Source: an uncultured Gemmatimonadales bacterium (GTDB lineage: Bacteria; Gemmatimonadota; Gemmatimonadetes; Gemmatimonadales; GWC2-71-9). From it: a stretch of DNA of 64,000 nt. The DNA is taken from contig CAVSQW010000007.1 in NCBI GenBank assembly GCA_963730185.1, forward strand, positions 384,001-448,000, given 5' to 3'. The notes below the pieces were generated by a model. It worked only from the letters and a program-made list of their open reading frames with translations, was not told the DNA's origin and did not search any database. Of the stretch, positions 54,681 through 64,000 are shown piece after piece. A program made the position numbers and the translations under genes. Every line of letters starts with the position of its first letter. The first letter of the stretch is position 1.

Positions 54681-55560
54681 AGGCCGCGCTTTCGCTGGGC
54701 TCGGTGTCGAGCAGCAGGCGGACGCCGCGCTCCTGCCGAACGATGAGCATGAGGAGAACCAGGTTGAGCGGCCCGATCGCCACCCAGAAGTAGGAGGCCG
54801 GCCAGCCCGGCACGGCCGTCACGGCCAGGAGCGCGAACCGCACGTTCTGCGCGATCAGCGCCCCGGCGACGACGACCGGCCGGGCCAGCGCGCGGTACCC
54901 GTCGTTCGGGAGGCTCGACCCCGGTTGGGTTCGCCAGCGCCGGACCAGCTCCGTCGTGGCGGGGAGGAGTCGAACTTGACGCTGCACGTACCCGGCGTAG
55001 CTGCGGTAGGCCAGGCCGGCCCAGAAGCCGGTCGGCCCGGTCCCGAGATCCTCGGGCAGGTCGAGCTCGCCGGTCCCGGCGCCGCCGAAGCGGAGGTAGA
55101 CCTGGCGGAGGAAGTCGATCGCGCTGGCCTGAAGGGAATGACTGATGCCGGCCGCGATCACCAAGACCACCGCGGGCCACCCGGCCCCGGCCAGCAGCAG
55201 CCGAACCAGGAGGTGCAGGTAGAGGTTGAGGAACCGAAGGTTGTCGGAGAGCCCGTCCAGCACCCGGCCGAACCGGGTGCCCCCGCCCCGGATCCGGGCG
55301 ACCTGGCCGTCGGCGCTGTCGAGGACGTCGGACACCACGAAGAGGGCCAGGCCGAGCGCGCCGAGCCGCCAGTCGTCGTAAAGGAAGAGGTGGCCGGCCA
55401 CCAGGCCCACGGCCAGGGATGCCAGCGTCACCTGGTCCGCCGTCACCCGGGTGGCGGCGAGGCCCCGCGCGAGCCGGTAGCCGACCGGGCGGAAGAAGTG
55501 GAGGTCGATCCAGTCCTCCACCGCGTCGCCCTTAGCCGCGAGCGCGTTCGGCGGCTTCAA
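54670..55560 (-). CDS. CDP-alcohol phosphatidyltransferase family (long)
   Basis: DVLDSADGQVAR...GRVLDGLSD signature; start approximate. Confidence 0.88.
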   Translation of the reverse strand: MKPPNALAAKGDAVEDWIDLHFFRPVGYRLARGLAATRVTADQVTLASLAVGLVAGHLFLYDDWRLGALGLALFVVSDVLDSADGQVARIRGGGTRFGRVLDGLSDNLRFLNLYLHLLVRLLLAGAGWPAVVLVIAAGISHSLQASAIDFLRQVYLRFGGAGTGELDLPEDLGTGPTGFWAGLAYRSYAGYVQRQVRLLPATTELVRRWRTQPGSSLPNDGYRALARPVVVAGALIAQNVRFALLAVTAVPGWPASYFWVAIGPLNLVLLMLIVRQERGVRLLLDTEPSESAAYAG

Positions 55561-56866
55561 GGAGCACCTCCTTCATGATCCCCAGCGCCTCCATCGCCTC
55601 GGCTTCCCGGATCACCAGGGGCGGATTGAGGCGCACTTCGGGATTGTAGATCATCGCCAGCACGCCCCGGCGGAGCAGGGTGTCGAAGATCCAGCGGGTC
55701 TCGGGCTTGGCCAGGGGCGCGCCGGTGTCCGGATGGACCAGGCTCATCCCGAGCAGGAGGCCCCGGCCGCGAGCCCGGCGGACGATCGGGATCTCCCGCT
55801 CCCACCGGGTCAGCTCGTCGAGCATCAGGCCGCCCAGCCGGCGGCTGTGCTCCACCAGACCCTCGTCGAGGATGGTCTCGATCGTGACCCGGGCGGCCGC
55901 GGCGGCCATCGGGTTGCCACCGTAGCTCGACGAGCTGCCGCTCGGGTTGGCCCACGGCTTGGCGAAGGCAACCGACTCGCGGATGATGATGCCGCTCATC
56001 GGGAAGCCGCCGCCGAAGCCCTTGCCGACCAGGATCATGTCCGGGACGATGCCCTCGTGCTCGACCGCGAACATCCGGCCGGTCCGGCCGAACCCGGTGA
56101 TCATCTCGTCGCAGATCAGGACCGCGCCGAGCTCGTCGGCCAAGGCGCGGAGCTGGGCCAGGTAGCCGGGGGGCGGCACGATGTTGCCGGCCGTGCCCTG
56201 AATCGGCTCGACCAGAATGGCCGCCAGGTCGGCGGTGGTTTCGAGCGCCAGCTTCTTCCGCAGAAAGTCCACGCAGTGCCAGGCGCAGGAGGTCGGCTCC
56301 TTGTCGAAGGCGCAGCTGGCGCACGACGCGTAGGGCGACGAATAGGTGCCCGGCATCAGGGGACCGAGGGCGTGCTTGAAGTCGCCGCTCAGGAGGGGCA
56401 GGACGCCGCCGGTCTTGCCGTGGAAGCCGCCCCAGAAGCCGACCACTTCCGTCTTGCCGGTGTAGGCCTTGGCCAGCCGGATGGCCGCCTCGACCGCTTC
56501 GGCGCCGCTGGAGTAGAGCTGGGTCCGGTTCAGGTCGCCGGGCGCGAGCTCGGCCAGGAGACGGACCAGCCGGGCTCGGTTCTCGGTGGTGAAGCTCCCA
56601 ACGTGGACCCGCCCCAGCTGGCGGGCCATGGCCTCCACGTACCGCGGGTGGGCGTAGCCCAGACTGGCGACCCCCACGCCGGCCAGGAGGTCGATGTATC
56701 GGTTCCCGTCCACGTCCCAGAGCAGGGCGCCTTCGCCCCGGTCGATGCTGAGCTGGCTGTAGAGCGCCACGCTCTGCGTCCCGGGGGCGAGGTGCCTGGC
56801 CTCGTCGGCAAAATCGCGGGCCGAACGGGGGCCGGGGAGCTGAAGATCGAGCAACGGTTGAGCCAC
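55532..56866 (-). CDS. Class-III PLP aminotransferase
   Basis: DVDGNRYID, SGAEAVE, FHGKT, DEMITGFGRTG, GKGFGGG. Confidence 0.92.
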   Translation of the reverse strand: MAQPLLDLQLPGPRSARDFADEARHLAPGTQSVALYSQLSIDRGEGALLWDVDGNRYIDLLAGVGVASLGYAHPRYVEAMARQLGRVHVGSFTTENRARLVRLLAELAPGDLNRTQLYSSGAEAVEAAIRLAKAYTGKTEVVGFWGGFHGKTGGVLPLLSGDFKHALGPLMPGTYSSPYASCASCAFDKEPTSCAWHCVDFLRKKLALETTADLAAILVEPIQGTAGNIVPPPGYLAQLRALADELGAVLICDEMITGFGRTGRMFAVEHEGIVPDMILVGKGFGGGFPMSGIIIRESVAFAKPWANPSGSSSSYGGNPMAAAAARVTIETILDEGLVEHSRRLGGLMLDELTRWEREIPIVRRARGRGLLLGMSLVHPDTGAPLAKPETRWIFDTLLRRGVLAMIYNPEVRLNPPLVIREAEAMEALGIMKEVLLEAAERARG

Positions 56867-56871
56867 CGGAG

Positions 56872-57696
56872 TTACTCCTGCGCGAAGAGACGGAGAAAGC
56901 GGTGCGCGATGGCGTCGGCTGCGGCCTCGCGCACGGGGGCATAGCTGGGCCAGTCGTTCATGTCGATCAGGATCGGATCGTCGAACGATGGAAACGCGGC
57001 GTCGCCGCCGAAGGCCTCGAGTCCCAGCACCTCGGCGGCGCGGAACGCGACCCGGGCCAGCGACGCGATGTCGGGCCGCGGCTGATCGTCGGGGATCGGG
57101 GCGGCCGGGTAGGCATGGAAAAAGGGCGTGCCCCGGACGCCATAAAACTTGAGCACCGGACCACCGACGTGGGCCTGCAACGCGACCGTCGCGATCCCGC
57201 GATGGGCAAACCCGGCGACGGCCGGCGCGAGCCCCGCCAGCGGCACCGAGACGACGTCCTCGGCCGACTGGGCGTGCACGTCGCCTCGCTTGACCCAGAC
57301 CGGCGCCCCGTCGCGCGCCAGCTCGAACGGGAAGCGAGTGTGGTCATGGCCCGGGCCGATGAGGATGGTCTCGGGAAACGGGAGGCCGGCCCCGGTCAGG
57401 AGCTCGACCAGACGGGCCCGATGACAGTTGAGCACCCCGTCGGCCGGGTTCAGCACCGGGGTACGGTTGGGGTCGAGGTCGGCTAACCGCCGACTGGCGA
57501 GCGGTCCCTGGCACATGTTGAGATAGCCGTCGGCCTTGGGCAGCCGGCCGGCCTCGATCTCGATCTCGGAGCTCCGCTGGACCTCGTGGCCGTCGGCTTC
57601 GACCCGGGTCACGACCGCGTCGAGGATGGCGGCATCGTTGTCTCGGTGGCGGCCGGGGGAGAAGGACGGGTTCCGGTACAAGGCGGCGAGTCGCAT
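56872..57696 (-). CDS. ATP-grasp fold enzyme
   Basis: VLNP, WVKRGD, LQAHV, LKFYGV, LGLEAFGGD, IDMNDWPSY. Confidence 0.75.
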   Translation of the reverse strand: MRLAALYRNPSFSPGRHRDNDAAILDAVVTRVEADGHEVQRSSEIEIEAGRLPKADGYLNMCQGPLASRRLADLDPNRTPVLNPADGVLNCHRARLVELLTGAGLPFPETILIGPGHDHTRFPFELARDGAPVWVKRGDVHAQSAEDVVSVPLAGLAPAVAGFAHRGIATVALQAHVGGPVLKFYGVRGTPFFHAYPAAPIPDDQPRPDIASLARVAFRAAEVLGLEAFGGDAAFPSFDDPILIDMNDWPSYAPVREAAADAIAHRFLRLFAQE

Positions 57697-57699
57697 GGC

Positions 57700-58401
57700 T
57701 CAGCCCCGGGGCTCGGAGGCGACGAGCGCCTCGGCGACGATCAAATTGCGGCGCCGATCGAGATCGACCATCTGGGCGACGTCGACGGTCTCGACCCGGG
57801 CGCCGAGGGAGAGGAGGCGGCGGAGGAACTCGCGCATCCGCGTCGCGCCGGCCGCGACGGCCACGGCCGCCTCGGCGCGGATGGTCGGACTGAAGGCGTA
57901 GACGCCGCCGGTGACCCAGGCGCCGGCGTCGGCATGGTCTTCGAGCGCCGCCACCCGGCCGGCCTTGCCGAACCGAACCGCCAGCGGCGACTCGTCGGTG
58001 CCCGAGGGCGTGATGGCCAGGACCACGTCGGCGCCGGCCGTCACGGCCCGGTCGGCGACGCCATAGACCCGCTCCCAATCGGCCCGCGCCATCACGGTAT
58101 CCACCATCGAGCAGAAGACCGGCCCGGCGCCCACCGCCTCGATCCCGAGGGCGAGCGTGTGGAGCGAGCCGGGCGTGTCGCAGGGAATGACGTGGACTCC
58201 GGCCCGACTCCGGAGGACGGCTGGAATCGGGACTCTCGCGCGGAGCAGGCAGGTGACGTCGCTGCAGCCGAGCGCCAGGAACTGGGCGGCGAGTCGGACC
58301 AGCTGAGGCTCGCCGCCGATGGGAACCAGCGCTTTCGGGGTCGCGATCCCGTCGTCGGCCAGACGCCGGCCTTCGCCGCCGGCCAGGATCAGACCGCGCA
58401 T
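57700..58401 (-). CDS. Nucleotidyltransferase (NTP_transferase)
   Basis: ILAGGEGRRL...PKALVPIGG, VD, DLD. Confidence 0.88.
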   Translation of the reverse strand: MRGLILAGGEGRRLADDGIATPKALVPIGGEPQLVRLAAQFLALGCSDVTCLLRARVPIPAVLRSRAGVHVIPCDTPGSLHTLALGIEAVGAGPVFCSMVDTVMARADWERVYGVADRAVTAGADVVLAITPSGTDESPLAVRFGKAGRVAALEDHADAGAWVTGGVYAFSPTIRAEAAVAVAAGATRMREFLRRLLSLGARVETVDVAQMVDLDRRRNLIVAEALVASEPRG

Positions 58402-59081
58402 CGGGCCTCGATCATTCGGGGCAGCTCCGTCAGGCTCGCGATCCGGAGGTCGGTTACCCCGAGGGCGGGCCAGGGACGGGCGTCGGGGGCAAGCCAACAG
58501 GCGGTGAGGCCGAGCGCGGCGGCCGGCCGGACGTCGGCGTCGAAGTTGTCGCCGATCATCCAGGTGCGGTCGGGGGCGGCGTCCAGCTGGCCGATGGCCC
58601 ACTCGAAGATCCCGAGCGAGGGCTTGGCGATGCCCAGGCGCCCGGAGTCGGCCGCCACCTCGAAGAGAGAAGCCAACCCGAGCTCGGCCAGACAGGGGCT
58701 CAGATTCCCGCTGAAGTTGGAGATCACGCCGAGCCGGTGGGTGTCCCGAAGCCGGGTCAGGATGTCCCGGTTGCGGCGAGCGTGCCGGCGGGCGCCGTCC
58801 ACGACCCGCCGGGCCACCCGGTCGGCCAGGGCGGGCGGGGTGGTCTCGAGGTCGGCGGCCAGCCAGGCGGCTTCCCGGAACACCATGCTGGAGAAATCGG
58901 CCTCATGAATGCCGGCCCACTCGAGCAGAGCGCGATCGGCGGCCCGGAAGCGGGCCGCGAAGTGCTCGGGCGGGACGACGATGCCTTCGGCGCTGAAGGC
59001 GCGATGGAACTGGACGCTCGAGGGAACGCCGTCGGCGTCGAGCGTGCCGCCGAAGTCGAAGAGAAGAACGCCACGGGTCAT
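58389..59081 (-). CDS. HAD-superfamily phosphatase
   Basis: FDFGGTLD, ISN, KP, IGDNFDAD. Confidence 0.9.
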   Translation of the reverse strand: MTRGVLLFDFGGTLDADGVPSSVQFHRAFSAEGIVVPPEHFAARFRAADRALLEWAGIHEADFSSMVFREAAWLAADLETTPPALADRVARRVVDGARRHARRNRDILTRLRDTHRLGVISNFSGNLSPCLAELGLASLFEVAADSGRLGIAKPSLGIFEWAIGQLDAAPDRTWMIGDNFDADVRPAAALGLTACWLAPDARPWPALGVTDLRIASLTELPRMIEARCAV

Positions 59082-59095
59082 GGTGGCGCGGGAGG

Positions 59096-59109
59096 GCAAT
59101 CGCTATGCC
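59096..59109 (-). promoter_or_regulatory. Sigma-54 -24/-12 promoter
   Basis: Minus strand GGCATAGCGATTGC = GG-N10-GC, 14 nt upstream of the HAD ATG. Confidence 0.75.
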
Positions 59110-59206
59110 CTGGGCGTCCGGGGCCGCCGGCGGCGGCTTAACTCGTTGCGGAGTACGACGAAGGCTCACATGACCGGGGCATGAAGGCCTGGGAGCGATC
59201 ACCCGG

Positions 59207-59246
59207 TGGGGCAGGGAGCCCCGGCCGATGTCCGTTTTTGCCCCGG
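59207..59246. promoter_or_regulatory. Candidate tandem enhancer-binding-protein sites
   Basis: tggggcagggagccccgg and tgtccgtttttgccccgg with 22-bp period, ~100-135 bp upstream of the -24 box. Confidence 0.45.
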
Positions 59247-59251
59247 TGCCT

Positions 59252-60619
59252 TCAGGTGGACCCGCCAGGCCAGTCGCGATACTCCTCCATCTTCCGATAG
59301 AGGGTCTTACGATCCAGGCCCAGCAGCTCGGCCGCCCGGGTCTTGTTCCCACCAGTCTCCCGGAGGATCTCCAGGATGTAGAGGCGCTCCACTTCCTCGA
59401 GCGGCAGGTGGCGCCGCGCCGCACCGGTGAGCATGGTGCCCACGTTGCCGGATTGGCGGATCCGCTCCGGCAGGTGCTCGGCGCCGATCGGCTGCCCCTG
59501 GGCGAGCCAGGCGGCCCGGATGATGGTGTTCCGGAGCTCCCGGACGTTGCCCGGCCACGGGTAGCCGACCAGCAGATCCATCGCGTCGGCGGTGACGGTC
59601 TGGGGTGGGGCGTGGCCGGGATCGATGGCCGCCCGCTCCAGAAAGTGGGCCGCCAGCACTGGGATCTCGGTCGGTCGCTCTCGGAGGGGAGGCAGCTGGA
59701 GGGTGAGGACGTTGAGCCGCCAGTAGAGGTCGTCCCGGAATCGGCCCGCCTCCACCTCGGCCTCGAGGTTCCGGTTGGTGGCGGCCAGCAGCCGGACGTC
59801 GATGGGATGCTCGTGGGTGGCGCCCAGTGGCCGGATCTCGCCCTGCTCGAGCACCCGGAGCAGCTTGGGCTGCAGGGCGAGGGGCAGCTCGGCGATCTCG
59901 TCGAGCAGCAGCGTGCCTCCGTGGGCCACCTGGAAGAGCCCTTCTTTGGCGCGGTCGGCGCCGGTGAAGGCCCCTCGCTCGTGCCCGAAGAGCTCCGATT
60001 CCAGCAACGTCTCGGGCAGGGCACCGCAGTTGACGGTGACGAACGCCGCCCGACCCGAAAGGCGGTGCAAGGCGCGCGCGACCAGCTCTTTCCCGGTGCC
60101 GCTCTCACCGGTGATCAACACGGCGTGGGGCAGGCCCGCGCTTCGTCGGACCAGCTCGTAGAGCCCCAGCATCGGGGGACTGGTCCCGATGAACTCGATC
60201 GGCACCGCGGTCTGCTGGCTTCGGGCCGCGCGGGCGGCCTCGCGGCGGGGACGGCTTTCCGCCAGGGCGCGGGCCACCGTGGCGAGCAACTCGTCCGTCC
60301 CGAGCGGCTTGGTCAGGTAGTCGTACCCGCCGGAGCGGACCAGGTCGATCGCGGATTCGATCGACCCGAACGCGGTCATCACGATGACGTTGATCTCGGG
60401 GCAGCGGGTCCGGACGATCCGGAGGAGGTCGCGCCCGCTGCCGCCCGGCATGATCAGGTCGGTCAGCACCAGGTCCACCCCATCGCCCCGGGTCAGGGCC
60501 GCCTCGGCCGCGTCCGCTCCCGGGAAGGGGAGCACGGTGTGGCCGGCGTGGGCCAGTACCTCGACCAGTAGCTCGCGCAGCTCGCGGTCGTCCTCCACCA
60601 CCATGATCCGGTCAGGCAT
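59252..60619 (-). CDS. Sigma-54-dependent response regulator (NtrC family)
   Basis: REC (VEDD, TDLIMP), GESGTGKE, intact GAFTGA, WPGNVREL, Fis HTH. Confidence 0.95.
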   Translation of the reverse strand: MPDRIMVVEDDRELRELLVEVLAHAGHTVLPFPGADAAEAALTRGDGVDLVLTDLIMPGGSGRDLLRIVRTRCPEINVIVMTAFGSIESAIDLVRSGGYDYLTKPLGTDELLATVARALAESRPRREAARAARSQQTAVPIEFIGTSPPMLGLYELVRRSAGLPHAVLITGESGTGKELVARALHRLSGRAAFVTVNCGALPETLLESELFGHERGAFTGADRAKEGLFQVAHGGTLLLDEIAELPLALQPKLLRVLEQGEIRPLGATHEHPIDVRLLAATNRNLEAEVEAGRFRDDLYWRLNVLTLQLPPLRERPTEIPVLAAHFLERAAIDPGHAPPQTVTADAMDLLVGYPWPGNVRELRNTIIRAAWLAQGQPIGAEHLPERIRQSGNVGTMLTGAARRHLPLEEVERLYILEILRETGGNKTRAAELLGLDRKTLYRKMEEYRDWPGGST

Positions 60620-62081
60620 CGGCAGGCGGGGCCGAAGCCCCCTCCGCCATCGGGAACTCGAGTCGGAAGCAGGCGCCGGCCTGCTCCTCCGGCTCGAGGG
60701 TCAGCCGGCCGCCGTGCTCTTCGGCCACCCGACGGGCCACCGCGAGTCCCAACCCGGTCCCCTGCGGCTTGGTCGTGTAGAACGGGCTGAACACCTGGGC
60801 GGCCGAGTCGGCGGGGACGCCCGGTCCGCTGTCGACCACTTCCACCTCGACCCGCCGGTCCCTCGCCCGGCCCCGAATCAGGATGGTCCGCTGCTCGGAG
60901 CTGGCCAGCTCCATCGCCTGGCTCGCGTTCATGAGCAGGTTCACGAACAGTTGATGGAGGAGGTCGGGATCGCCCCGGATCAGGAGCGGGCCTTCCAAGT
61001 CGCGGTGCACGGTGACGCCGGTTCGCTCCAGTTCGGTGTCGAGCAGGGCCATGGCTCCGTCGACGACCTCGGTGACGTCGATCTCTCGCAGCTTGGGCTC
61101 CCGCCGCTTGGCGAAGTCCAGGAGGTTCCTGACGGTCCTGGTGATCCGGCTGATCTGGCGGATGATGATCTGGAGGTGGCGCTCCTGAACCTCGGGTCCC
61201 GAGGGAGTGCGAAGCATCATCTCGGCCCGGCCGGAGATCACGTTGAGCGGCGCGGCGACCTCGTGGGCCAGGCCCGCGGCCAGGTTGCCGATCTCGGCCA
61301 TCTTCTCCGCTTCTCGCAGCCGTCGCTCGAGCGCGATCCGATCCTCCACCTGATGAGCCGCCTCGGCCCGCGCCACCTCGAGCCGCTGGGCCATCCCGTT
61401 GAACTCCCGGGCGATCTCCTCCATCTCGGCCCCGCTCGGGCCCTCCGGAATCCGATACGAAAGGTCGCCACCGCCGACCGTCCGGGCCGCCACCGCCAAC
61501 CGCGCCATGGGTCGAGAGACCACCCGGCGGACCAGCCAGAGGGTGACCAGCGTCACGGCCACCAAGAGCGAGACGGTGTTGAGGAGGAAGCGCAGTCGGA
61601 GCGCGTCGAGCTGATCGCCGATGAACGAGATCCGTTGGGCGACCTCCAGCACGCCGACCGGATGACCGGCCCGGCCCCGGAGCGGGCGGAGGACACTCAG
61701 CACCAGCTCGTCGCCGAGCTCGCGGGTGACGGTGCGCTGGCGTCCGGTGGTCAGCACCCGCTGAAGCACGGCGAGGGGCGCCGAGCCGGCCGACCGCTGA
61801 GGGTCGGCAGCGTAGGCCTGACGCCCGGTGCTGTCGTAGACGATGACCGCGTACACGCTCGGCTCCCGCTTGAGCGCGTCGACGATCGGGCCGATGTCGC
61901 TCGGCGTGGCCGCCGTCCGGTCGACCACCAGCCCGAGCACGGTGGCGTAGGCCGCGAGCCCCTGCTCGACCTGCGGTTGGAGCGTCCCCTCGCTCTCGAG
62001 CAGGGCCCAGACGGCGTACGCCACCATGATCAGGGTCACGGTCGGCAGCAGCGAGAGCAGGAGGCGCGTGCTGAGCTTCAT
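60612..62081 (-). CDS. HAMP-domain sensor histidine kinase
   Basis: Two TM segments, [36 protein letters not shown]. Confidence 0.93.
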   Translation of the reverse strand: MKLSTRLLLSLLPTVTLIMVAYAVWALLESEGTLQPQVEQGLAAYATVLGLVVDRTAATPSDIGPIVDALKREPSVYAVIVYDSTGRQAYAADPQRSAGSAPLAVLQRVLTTGRQRTVTRELGDELVLSVLRPLRGRAGHPVGVLEVAQRISFIGDQLDALRLRFLLNTVSLLVAVTLVTLWLVRRVVSRPMARLAVAARTVGGGDLSYRIPEGPSGAEMEEIAREFNGMAQRLEVARAEAAHQVEDRIALERRLREAEKMAEIGNLAAGLAHEVAAPLNVISGRAEMMLRTPSGPEVQERHLQIIIRQISRITRTVRNLLDFAKRREPKLREIDVTEVVDGAMALLDTELERTGVTVHRDLEGPLLIRGDPDLLHQLFVNLLMNASQAMELASSEQRTILIRGRARDRRVEVEVVDSGPGVPADSAAQVFSPFYTTKPQGTGLGLAVARRVAEEHGGRLTLEPEEQAGACFRLEFPMAEGASAPPADA

Positions 62082-62212
62082 GGCGTGCGCGGGATCATCT
62101 CCGGTGGCGGTCGGCTCCGCAAGGGTCGGCCCGGAGGGCCGCCCGCTTGTTCCGGCCGGCCGCCCCCCTGTCGACCCTGCGGCCGGCCGGTGCCCTGACC
62201 ATATTCCGGGCC

Positions 62213-64000
<1,788 letters not shown>

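Noticed and set aside
48874..59081. Operon as a phosphonate or aminoglycoside antibiotic cluster
   Set aside because: No PEP mutase, no DOI synthase and no resistance or export genes; CDP-alcohol transferases and a flippase point to a membrane product

Overview
Very GC-rich bacterial DNA (roughly 70% by eye). Gene content and order (PadR + ADOP permease; lepA-waaF-ROK-pfkB...ftsEX-envC; mfd-PPIase-surA-pdxA) suggest Gemmatimonadota, which is an inference. The first ~37 kb is mostly housekeeping: pckA, a degenerate REC-GAF-GGDEF protein, envC/ftsX/ftsE, lepA, mfd, surA, pdxA, typA, heme A synthase and tRNA-Ile(GAU). From ~37 to 49 kb are accessory membrane and secreted-enzyme genes plus a gene remnant. 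The main candidate system is a tightly packed 12-gene minus-strand operon (48874-59081): HAD phosphatase, nucleotidyltransferase, ATP-grasp enzyme with an ITPK1-like signature, class-III aminotransferase, two CDP-alcohol phosphotransferases, Gfo/Idh/MocA dehydrogenase, flippase-like protein, membrane metal hydrolase, alpha/beta hydrolase, GT4 glycosyltransferase and NodB deacetylase. It sits behind a sigma-54 -24/-12 promoter and an adjacent NtrC-type two-component system, and looks like an inducible pathway for an unusual (amino)cyclitol/polyol phospho(glyco)lipid. A second candidate is a STAS-HATPase kinase plus STAS-wHTH pair inside the ftsEX operon. Eight single-base insertions break six genes and are probably sequencing errors. 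No CRISPR array, rRNA, transposase or integrase was seen. All calls come from motif recognition by eye; no database searches were run.
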